In this document: positions 53,701-64,000 of the stretch, piece after piece
Position numbering within the stretch: the first letter of the stretch is position 1
How the letters are laid out: each line of letters opens with the position of its first letter
Origin: Ophelia neglecta
Lineage: Eukaryota
Reading direction: 5' to 3'
Assembly (NCBI GenBank): GCA_965285935.1
Contig: OZ260662.1
Coordinates: 11,594,001-11,658,000, forward strand
Length of the DNA: 64,000 nucleotides
Notes under the pieces: generated by a model
The model's database searches: none
Told to the model about the DNA's origin: nothing
Seen by the model: the letters and a program-made list of their open reading frames with translations, nothing else
Program-made: the position numbers and the translations under genes

Positions 53701-54446
53701 CCACAGAGATCATCAGATTCAAATCCACAGACAACACCTGAAAAAGAAAGTCAATAATCATCAGAGACCTGATAACGGCTCTAACAGATAACAGTCCCTA
53801 AGGCCATAGTTATTTGATTAATTGGTTTACAGATTTTCTTGGCCTAATTTGTCAGGGTTGGTCCAAAAAAAAAATTTACAACAAATTCATGAGTCGGTTG
53901 GTCCTAAAAAACAATCACATACACAAAAAATAAACGTCTTTAACAGTTTCCTCGCCTGCCACACGTCGGAAGAATCTATGTTCTCCAGATTCGCTCTCGT
54001 GCACAATTTACAGATAAGACGACGGGGCCTCCGCCATCTTGGATATGCTTTGGTCATACTAAATGTCGACGACAAAACCCGGACGACGAAAAAATTGAAG
54101 GCGTGATTTTACAGTCGGCGGTAAATTTTAAAAAAAGTGCCAAATGGCAATTTTTTTCTTTGAGTCGGTAGTTTTCAGAGCAGTCGGCGGATCCGTAAAA
54201 AAATTAATCAAATAACTATGGCCTAATATGGCTTTTTCCAGGAGCCTCTTACCTTTCTTTGAGACGCTGATCGAAATCGAGGACTTGATCTCCTCTGATT
54301 GGTTGCCCTTCAGCGTTCTATCCGCAACACATGTATAATCTCCTGCGTCGGCCAAGTTTAACTTGTTAATTTTCAAGGTTGTCACCGAGAAGGCCGACAA
54401 ATCTTTAAAATCGGGCGGTTTCGTCGTAGTAGTAGACACCACCACT
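38743..54446 (-). CDS. Type I membrane scavenger-like receptor: (partial Ig)-MAM-SRCR-Ser/Thr mucin stalk-TM-FxNPxY tail; 5' exons not found in window
   Basis: Phase-compatible GT-AG exons: 54446-54253 (Ig, DAGDYTC); 53737-53579, 52205-52053, 50868-50720 and 50060-49949 (MAM: CGFESDDLCGW...DHTYG...LMVSP...CMAFAFYM...SIDDI..GQC); 41306-41153 and 40688-40498 (SRCR: VRLVNG..EGRLEV..WGSVC...IWLD..C..CTHEKDAAVIC); 39797-39378 (T/S/P-rich); 38993-38743 (TM, RRKRK, FGNPSY, stop). Confidence 0.88.
41614..42189. mobile_element. Putative non-autonomous DNA transposon with CCC...GGG termini
   Basis: C-run/CCGGGG left end, CTCCCCGGG right end, internal AAAAAATGGC/GAGG-CTCT repeats; similar in style to 45342-48841. 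No clear TSD. Confidence 0.4.
42538..44343. mobile_element. Non-autonomous Kolobok-like DNA transposon (1.8 kb)
   Basis: TTAA|GGGTATACCGAACCCCTA...TAGGGGTTCGGTATACCC|TTAA: perfect 18-bp TIRs, TTAA TSD and purine termini; internal inverted pair CTAGTAAACGGTCATTCAGATT at ~42805/~42951. Confidence 0.85.
44756..44844 (+). tRNA. trnY-GTA: tRNA-Tyr (GTA) with 16-nt intron (44793-44808)
   Basis: Cloverleaf: acceptor CCCGTGA/TCGCGGG + A73; D-arm GCTC/GAGC; anticodon stem GGAGA/TCTCT with GTA at 44789-44791; intron after base 37; T-arm ACTGG-TTCGACT-CCGGT; TTTT terminator at 44851. Mature length 73 nt. Confidence 0.92.
45664..48680. mobile_element. PIF/Harbinger-like non-autonomous element
   Basis: TTA|GGGAGCGTTCATTATTTATGGCCGGGGG...CCCCCGGCCATAAATAATGAACGCTCCC|TTA: long TIRs with a 3-bp TTA TSD. 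Confidence 0.85.
46915..48300. mobile_element. hAT-like non-autonomous element nested in the Harbinger-like element
   Basis: TIR CAGACATGGGG/CCCCATGTCTG; 8-bp TSD GATTAAAC/GATTAAAT; subterminal GTATTCGAATAC palindromic repeats at both ends. Confidence 0.85.
53802..54223. mobile_element. PIF/Harbinger-like MITE
   Basis: TAA|GGCCATAGTTATTTGATTAATT...AATTAATCAAATAACTATGGCC|TAA. Confidence 0.85.
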
Positions 54447-55624
54447 CTGAAAAACAAGACAATTGTGTTACATACAAATTTGAAGGACGAGAAATACTTA
54501 GGCACTTAGAGCACTAATATATCTTGGTATTTGTTCTACATTATGTAAAGCAGTATGAAACATTCATTAATATATTAGTTTGTATGGCAGGCACCACATA
54601 AATGGCAAGAAAGAGACCATAAAAGGTAAGTATGATCCCAAAATATGGTCCAGTCCTGAAATATGATCCAGGTTGGAACAGAATTAGTTTTTATAGGGTA
54701 TAAACATAATATTTTTTTGACGAAACTGATAGATAAAATATTTTCCTTCAACCGGGACCACAGTTGCCTTTTTAAGGCCTTCTGTGTCATTTATTTGGGT
54801 GCCCGCCATTCTATGGATGACCTCTTATTAACAGCAGGAAATATGTCTAGTTAAGGTTAACAAGAGAACTGAAAAATACGCACAGTCTGAGAAAAAGTGG
54901 GTACAGCACTCAATCCCCGAGCCTTTGTGGCTGCCTGCGACAACATGTAGGTCGAAAAGGAGTCGCTGCCGCAGGTCACCCCTTCCCTATATGCTAATTC
55001 TTAGGGCCACACTATTAGGACTTTCGCGCGGGGTGGGGTGGGATGGAGGGTGGGGTTGGAGGGATAGAATCATTTGACAACAAGTTGGAATCATATTAGT
55101 TGGAAAAAAGTTGACCAACTTCAGACATTCTCTCCTATGGGTATTTGCAATACAAGAGGCAGGTCTGTGACCACCAGCGAATTTCTTTTTTTACAAAAAC
55201 AGGTGCTGCATTGAATGCAGTGTCTCGTAGCCAATGACTGTCTTCAGACAGTCACTTTAATAATCTGTAATTGTTCTCATAGCTGAATTATTGCCTATAA
55301 AAAATGAGCCGTGTTCTGATCAGTTAACATTTAAACTTACAGGGAATATTATGTTTGAAGAAGCAAACGATGGAGGGTTTTTTCTTTGAGGGAGGGAGTG
55401 ACGGTGCTGCAAATCGACACTGGGGACAATTGAATTCAGTGTAAATGAGGATGACGCTTTTGTTCATTCAGCCCCAGTGTTTTTTCACCAAAACACGAGG
55501 ACCCCACACTCTTCTATTTCCTCAGCCAAAGTCTATATTTCCATCTCTGTATAGTTGGTATGTTTACCATTATGAAATACCATGTATATGTTTCTACAAT
55601 ACTCAATATAATACAAAGAACCTG

Positions 55625-55940
55625 ACCAGAAACCACAGACAGACCAAACTGCTACTGTTAACTATGAATCAAGATAACCAGAACCAACAGACTGGCCAAG
55701 CTGGTATTGTAAACCAGTAAACAAGATACCCTGAAACCACAGACAGGCCAAACTGGTATTGTTAACCAGGAGTCAAGGAATCAAGATGACCAGACATCAC
55801 AGACAGGTTATACTGGTACTGCAAACGAGGAAACAAGATGACCAGACATCACAGACAGGCCATACTGGTACTTAAAACCAGGAGTCAAAATAACCAGAAA
55901 CAGCAGACAGGCTAAACTGGTACTGTAAACGAGAAATCCA
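55625..55940 (+). repeat. ~52-bp minisatellite, about 6 diverged units
   Basis: Recurrent ACCAGA(A/C)A(C/T)CACAGACAGGCCA(A/T)ACTGGTA(C/T)TG...CAAGAT units. Confidence 0.8.
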
Positions 55941-58900
55941 GGATATTTTCTTGAGATTCCGGCGCCCTTATATTACCTGATATTTCCCTGCCTGTCCCTT
56001 CTTTCCGGTGAGTACCCAAGCATATAGCCATACCTACAGATGTTCTTTTATGCCGAAGATATATTTGGATATGTGCTTCGTCCTTTTCCCTTGCTCACGA
56101 ACAATTTCCGTATCCAATTATCATTCAATGACCGTCTGCCTTTCTTGTCTAGTCGGTGAGGATGGGAAATTTGCTGAACTAGCTATTAAACACGGACGCC
56201 AGACGAGCAGCACCCTTCATGTATATGGCGGGTCAAGTATCCTATAGGATGAGCTGGCGACCATATTGATTTGTCTATACACCGACCGCCCACTCCCGCA
56301 GGGTGTGTTGATTTAACCTCAACAAATCTACTTACTAAACCGCTTTGTGAATTGATTGTAACACCCACGGTGGTCTTTTCCATTAGTATCTAGGCGTTCC
56401 ATTTCATCACCACTTGCTATTTTGTTCTCTCAACAACGCCCGATGTTCTCTCAACGACACACACTTTGTCGTTAAACAAAGAGTCTATAATTTCGCGGCT
56501 TTTTATCTCGTGTTCTTGTATTATTCAGTGTATGTTTCTTGCAAATAAGCATTGTGTGCGACATGCCTATCCTAAATGTCACCTGTGGTAGGATGCTATG
56601 ACACAAGGTCATCTGGCAGTCCTGTCAACAACAGCGGAAAAAAATAATGCTGTTCAAGATTATAATGGCACAGTCTTAAAACACCGTTATAACACCTTCA
56701 GATATTACATTTTTAGAACATTAGGCATCCCCAATGCACAATATAGTTGCCAGCATTAGGCAATGAAGAAAAACACTAAAAAAGCCATGATTTCCTTTGC
56801 TTTCATGGGTAGAAGCCAGTTCACTAATATTCTGTCTCCAGGCGAAGGGACCACGTTACCATTTATATTGTCTGTTTTACTTAATGTGTCCGGCTCTGAG
56901 AACATATAACACAAGCAGCCGAGTCATACAATTAACACTGCCTTGCCATGTAGTGGCCTCTTGTGCCCCCATTGGGATTTTATCGCCACTGTATTGTATT
57001 TTGGCGAGTAACAAGTGTTCCCTGATGATTTAGATGACGATTAAAAAAGAGTACACAGCTAGAATACATTCTTCGGCCTCGACGAAAGCGGGTTCAATGC
57101 TCTCTAGAAGAAAGCACAATAGAGGCCCGTACTAGTAATGTATATTCGAAATATTTCGTCTTAACAATATTGCGTGTTGGCATTTATGATGGACCGGGAA
57201 TAATTCAAATTTGCCTCATATCCGTAGATATTAAAAAACAGCACAGAGTAATATCAAATTGGTATTGTCAACTAAACAACTGGACAATCCAAATTCAGAG
57301 AAGGGGAAGAGAAACACAGTAATCATCAAATTCCACAAATTTATGGAAAACGCACCGAGAATGTGGTAAAAGTGCTTCCTCCTACAGGTTGTTTTTTAAT
57401 TGGGGCATATTCATTTGTAGTCTCACAATTAGGAGACGGTTAAGTCCATCAAGATTCTCCTATGGCATATTTTATCCTTGAACTATGTTACCCACCTTCT
57501 CTTTTGTGTTTTGCTCTTACTCATGCGGATATTTTCTCATTGCAATATATATCAAACCCATTTTATTTACAATTATAAAGCAGGGGACTGATGTTTTGTA
57601 TTTATGCAGCTTATGATTCCTGAATAATTCGGACCAATTGAGGATATTTTTCTATTATTCATTTGCCATTGGCTGTCCATTCCAGTTGCTTTTTATGCAG
57701 GTTGTAGAAAACAAGTATTTTTGGCGCACGAGCTGATATCTAGAACCTGTGGTGAGCATTAGCAGGCATACTACAGAATGATATAAATGAATAGCTACGG
57801 TTTTATGGGAAGTTTTATTTTCGCGCTTACTTAGCACAAAGAATTGTTTAATATGGAAAGTAGGGACACGTGTGGACATCTCATGCCTACCATTTCTTGA
57901 ATTTGGCTAGAATGTCCATGGCCCAGCTCTGGAAGACATCATAATATTTAATTAGATGATCATAATATTTAATTAGATGAAATCAATATTTAAGTGTTTA
58001 TCGGTTTTACAGGGTTTTTGGAAGTTTGATTTGATCTTAAAACTTGCCATTTTTTTCCTGGTCAGTGAAAACACTAATTAACGCAGTCTCAGGTAATTGC
58101 TAATAGGTTCATCTAATACAAAAACGTTAAAACCGCTTCCAAAAATGAGCCCTGGTCCCGTTCATTCTTTCCCAAATGTATTGCTTCCTGTGTTATTTTT
58201 TTGTTTGGGAGTAACGTGTGTAAGCTATTACCTCGGCATTCGGGATCAGTTGTGATGCATTGCTCCTTCGGAAATTGTAAAATGGCATGACTTAAATTAT
58301 TCACGATGAATCATGTCTCTGTGAGGTAAATTGATCGAGTGAGTTTCGTCCAACTGCAGGGGAGATAATGTACATATATAACGTAGCTCATCGACTCCTA
58401 TTATCCAAGTTCTCTCATGTGGGCCAAGACGTCACACCAAGAACTGAGTATATGAACACGTTATCCCTGTGGAACTGTCAATTAATCTTCAACTCCGAAA
58501 CTCACAGTAATTGGTCACGATAGTATGAACAAATCTCTGAATACGTTATATATCTTTGTTTCTGTAGAACGAAGAATATTTGTCCACCAGTAACACATAA
58601 TAACGTATTCAGCCCTTGGTTATTCACCCACAAGACAAAAAAAAATCAACAATCAGTCTTGTTCACAAATCCAGCTCTCATTAAAAGGGTTCTCATCGAA
58701 AAGCTTCAGCAAGCAAATATTCTTCATTTCTCCATGTTCCAAGCTATTCCTGCATTTATCTTGACCTTAAATCCATTGATAAGGTGATGCTGCTTGACCT
58801 GTTTATATTTAATTCTACATATAAATGACTCATCAACAATATCATTACTATTAAATTAAACATACGCAAGTGGAAAAAACAAAGCCTGTAGTTGCTTTTA

Positions 58901-61900
58901 AGAATTCAACAATGAAAGGACAACAGGCAAACGATCACAACACAGTAAGAGCTCGATAAAATCGGCACAAGTGCCTTATGAACTATCAATTGTATATCCA
59001 CCCTAACCTTATTACAGACAAAATGTTATAGCTTCAAAATACTTTCTGAAACGTCCATCATTCGAGACATTCTTCCAACTAGAAAAAATTATTTTAAAAT
59101 TTCTGTTATAACTACGTTCGAAACCAGTAAAATAATATTTCCAGATTGTTCGATGGTATGATTATGGACACACATGAAACAAATATAGATATTCAAAGAA
59201 GATTAAATAAAGGGATAGTTTTTTTTCGTATTTTGTCGCTTTTTGTTAACAAGCTTAAGGAATGACCTTTTTTTATCACGAAACATTTATCAACCCAGAC
59301 TTCACTTGTAGCGGATAAGAAGTGTTTGCGAGATCTACAGATATTTCTTGATTTGTGCTGAAAGGTTATAGTTCATACAGTTGTTAGTAGTCAACCAAGG
59401 ACATAGATGATACATGCCTGAGAAATGAGTTGCGATAGGAAACAGTTTACAGTTCGTTCACGATTTGAGTCAAATGCCAAGAGGGTGTTTTCGAGCTGGT
59501 ATCTGCTCTTTTCAACCTTTGTTTTCGAGGCTGTTTAAGGCTCTCTTTCACAAGGCGACTCTCTTTAACTCGTATATTCATCTTTATTTGGGTCGTTTTT
59601 TTTTCTACAGATTCAGTTCTTTGTGGGTCCCATATCTGGCCCTTGGGTGGAACATTCTCAACAAGGTCCAGGGGTAGAACCCCTCTCCGATTCAAATGCC
59701 TAGAAGGCCTTAAACTGCATGGCAGAATATTGAAGAAGCAGGTGAAACTTTGACCAAAAGAAATCTTGGAATTGAGGGCAAATGCTCACAGAGAACACGT
59801 ATTTCCCAATCTATTCAATTTATGTTCCCTTCCTGTAATTACACTTGTTATATTACCAATAGACACCAGATAAAAGAGGACAGTTCTTTCGTTTTGGCAT
59901 TAGAATGATCATATTACCATGTCTCACCGTGGCAAAAACTCAATAAGTTCGCCAATGACCTGGTGGTCCCCCATTGATTGACATTCTTCTGGGCAATCTA
60001 GTGGCAGAATAAGTGTTCCAATAGACGACTAATGACTATTTTGTGATAGGACTAATTCAATTTGACATTGACCAATCGTCCAAATCGACAGGCGAACCTT
60101 TATCAACCACAGCGAGTCCTAGCCTAAGAAAAGGAAAATTACATTGTGGGCGATATAATGGGGTTGTTGGCTTGGGATTACCTCAAGTGACCTAGAGTAA
60201 GCCCTCAGTACCGAGTCATTCCTATGAGCAGAAGTCATCAGCCGATGTGCCCGAATGCCTTGAGCGACAGCTGACATCCCGATTGACATAAAACTCTTGC
60301 TCCTGAAACATATTCCCCGGAAGCGCCCTGGTGTTTGAACACTGTCTTAAACTTCTGTATCAAACTCGCTCATAGCGTCTTCGATCATCCCTGACAGTGT
60401 TTAATATTTATAAAACTCGTTTATGAATCATCAAACCAAAACTTGTGTTTGTCGTTTGTTGTTTTCCGTTTGTTGCCCTTCCAACCAAAGGACTTGCTAC
60501 GAAATTTGTTTTCTATTTTTTTTAAATAACACCCATCCATGAAGGTTATGTTAGAAACCTTTCGAAAATCATACCTCGTACAATCGTTTGCTTAAAGCAT
60601 CTGGCCCTGGATTAATTCAATTTAAGCGTCCTGTCATTGTTGATAATGGCAACTCTGAGAATTTACAGGTGATGACAGGGAGATGAAATCATTTACTTCT
60701 ATATATTACTACTGGTGCCGTGCGTTATTTGAAACCATTATACTAGCATCTTCTCGGTTTACATACATTCGCTACTGCAGTAGCAATGCCAGATTATAAA
60801 CAGGTGATTTCATGACACCTTCACAGCTGACGGACATGTCTCATGTTTAGATGAAAGATAAACACACTGAATCGGTATTCTTGGCTTGAGACGAGCTATG
60901 AATTCTTGCGTCTGGGGCGGACTGCCCCAGACAGTTAGATAAACCAATTGCTTGATAGAATTGGGTTGTTTTCCTGCCCTTGGCATCGTATATATACTCG
61001 TTAAACTGTCTTAAAACACTGTCTGTTTCAAAGAGTCTGATAAATTTTCTTCGCCGGCATCTTTTCTTGAAAGAAAGGTGCATTGAACAGATAAGCCAAG
61101 TGGATAATGGCACATGATAAAAAGTTGGGAACTGTGTAAAAGGTTGATCGAGAATAAGGGATATGATCACTGTTCAAGCCATGTAATTCTTCATCGTCTT
61201 TGTACCAAAGATATATATTCGAACTCTTATAACAACATTTGGAGCTCCTCTTTGCATATTATATACTCGATTCGTACACTCAATGTCCCTTAAATGAAAA
61301 ATCAATGGGAATGAGGAATGAGGAAACACTATCAATAACAGGAAAGCTTTTCTCGCCGGGGGGGGGGGGGGGGGGGGGGCTCATAACAGTCAGATAAGTA
61401 GCTAGCTAGCTAGAATTTGAGCTTTGAGATAAAGCTATATCCACTGGGCTAAACGGTTTAATATAACTTAGTTGGCTAAGATTTAGGCCGAGAATCGTGA
61501 GTATTAGCTTAAATCCTATCCAGCTATTTAGCCACCTCGATATTTCTCTGGCTAGGGTTTCTAATTTTCTATCTATAGGGCTTCTATAATGGACCAAACA
61601 TAAATTGTATGCAATTTTTGACGATTATCGAAAGTCTTGCTCAAGTGTGGTCAACGAAATCCTGCCAATCATCATAATTATATTGCCAACCGACAGCATT
61701 TTAGCTACAAGCTGGTTGCCCCCCCCCCCCCCCCCCCCTCCTAAAGCGCTATAAACAGGAAAAACAGGAAAGCAAACCATCAGCAAACAACAAAAGAAAA
61801 GACCAATATTAAAAAAATCACAAATTGTCAAAAAGAATTAACTTTTTTTACAAGCATAGCAATTCTTTTCTGTGCAGCAAGATGCTTGAACTTACACGAC

Positions 61901-64000
61901 TTTATGAAACACAAGGAATGTTCCAGAATTACCATAATGCAGTACAAGTATACCCAGTAACATCGACTTGCGTCGGAAACCAGTGTAGGGACAATTTGGA
62001 TTTCATAACCATTTTTTAGTCATGCGTTTATCATATTAGCCGTCCTGGTAGAGGTGCATACCATATGGCAGGAAACGGCATGCAAAGATATCCCCGGAAG
62101 CCTCTTAGGCTATTGTAGTCAGGCAATAGTCAATTGTTATTTGTCAAAGTGGTCAATATTAATATCTTAGTTGCATAGCCCATGAATGTTGAGTGGAGCA
62201 AAGCGATGTATAACCAGTGAGTTATTTTGAAGACTTATTCATTCAATATACAGAATATATGTAGAATGAAAATGGAAAACTGTTAAACAAAAATGAGTTT
62301 ATGGTCAATGTTTTGTAAAACCATATTTGTATATTACTGTATTAACTACCCTCCAACGCTACTACAACAAGGATATATCATTAATGGTAATAGCATGTAC
62401 CCATGGGGTCATTAAGCTCTAGCCAAATCTTATGAACAATGCGTTACAAATCGTTGAATAAACGACGCCTGATAAAAGCTTAACAGACTTTTTCAGTGGG
62501 CTTCCCTTGGACGAAAATGTTATGTTGGAAGGAAAGGAAGTATGCTGTTTGGACTGATCGTACAATAGGCCTTCACTAGAACACCATTAGTTTCCCAAGA
62601 AACTCGAAGCATCAAGCTGGAATGTCAATTTTATAAGAATACAGCATACCAAATAAATTGTCATTTACTGTCTTATTGCAAAACAATTTAGGTTATTAGC
62701 CGCACTGCAGGACCGTCCAATTATTTGATGCATTAAAGCATCGGAAATTAGAGGTTGTCTTTGCTTAGTCCGGAAATTAGACTTGAACCGAATTAACCTG
62801 ACAATTATGATGGTTAAGCAAATCAAAATTACCTAGAAGACAAAATAATCTGATAGACAATTTAAAGCGTTCAGCTGGAGAGACTGGAGGATTGGACATT
62901 CTTGTTGACAGTGAAAATGATTAATCTTATCAATAAGGGCGTAGTGAGAAGTGTCCATGATGGGATTTAAGCTAGCCTTGACATCGGCCTGTTTAAACCG
63001 TCCAAGCTGATTCGGGCAGAACGTGTGGTAAATCCTTAACACGCGCTTTTATTAAATGAATTGAACTCTTTTCAAACCTATCCATTTGTATATACAACGA
63101 AATTACGACACCTATTCTAGATTGTATAATAGATTAATTTCTCGAGTAAAATATTTATGAATAGCAGGGAAAACTAAGGACGGTGGCTTTCTGAGTTTTT
63201 GAAAAACGGCAAAAATTTCATGAATAATTTGTTCTTGCATTTAAATTCATGAATGAACGTCAGTTGAGACTGGCAAATCATAAGCCTTATTATGAGAACT
63301 GTACACCAAATAATATGACTGACAATTTCGTGAATCATGGTTCACTTAGCTAGCTAGAGCTACTAAGTTTAATCGCATGCAGGCCATTTTCGAGGGTTGA
63401 ACATATATCCTAAGTTCGCTCGCACATTTTCCGCTCCCAAGTTTTTTTTTGTAGTAACTATATCTAAGCATCAACAGCATAGAGGAGTTATTTTCTATAT
63501 TGTAAATATAGGAAAGATTCAATATTTTTTGTTTCTGTAATAGGATATGTTTTTAGACAGCCGATGAAGAAAACGTCGGCATTGCAATAAGGTAAGTAGG
63601 AAACCTATGGAAAGTACCTGACCATACTTCTGCCATGGTTTTATAGAGTTTCTGCAAAGAGTAATAATGGCACACGTGGCTTTATCTTTATATTTATCTA
63701 GAGACTCATGCCCTTTGCCCACAACCACATTTCATCCGACATGTCTTGAGTACGAACCCCATTAAACCACGACATACAAGGATACCATGTCTGGATCGAA
63801 GGAATGTTGCTGCTGCTATTTTTGGGCCTGAACGCAACTCTTCATTCCCAGAGTGCAGTGATGTTTGATTTATGTCATGTGACGGTTTGGGCATATTATT
63901 CATCATGCTGAAACCCGAATTGTGTCTGTCCAATATTGCAGTTAGGTCTTAGACGTGTATGTTACACGCCTGGTTAGATCAGGTCAGCTGACCTGACAAA

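Noticed and set aside
55625-55940. Regularly spaced repeats considered as a CRISPR-like array
   Set aside because: Whole units are homologous with no unique spacers, the context is eukaryotic and there are no cas genes; it is a minisatellite.
63700-63730. VVVGKGHE resembling the bacterial MurE motif
   Set aside because: Isolated short match with no other Mur ligase features; likely chance.

Overview
AT-rich, intron-containing invertebrate animal genomic DNA (probably lophotrochozoan; not prokaryotic). Left to right: (1) the 5' part of an intact-looking minus-strand LINE. ORF1 and ORF2 (APE endonuclease) are in the same frame, separated by one UAG in a TMV-type readthrough context (UAG CAA UCA), with no AUG before the endonuclease. 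(2) Two near-identical ~4.1 kb direct repeats bracketing a 2-exon, ~2100-aa GRL101-like receptor gene (CUB-like/CTLD/LDLa/LRR/7TM). (3) A gene with 7 coding exons encoding an ankyrin-repeat caspase (~921 aa): the His/Cys dyad is intact (SHG, QACAG) but both Asp-binding S1 arginines appear replaced. (4) The 3' part of an Ig-MAM-SRCR-mucin-TM receptor gene with an FxNPxY tail. Its introns hold an intron-containing tRNA-Tyr and nested MITEs. SINEs, MITEs and minisatellites are scattered throughout. All exon models were built by hand from GT-AG sites and frame/motif continuity; no database searches were run.
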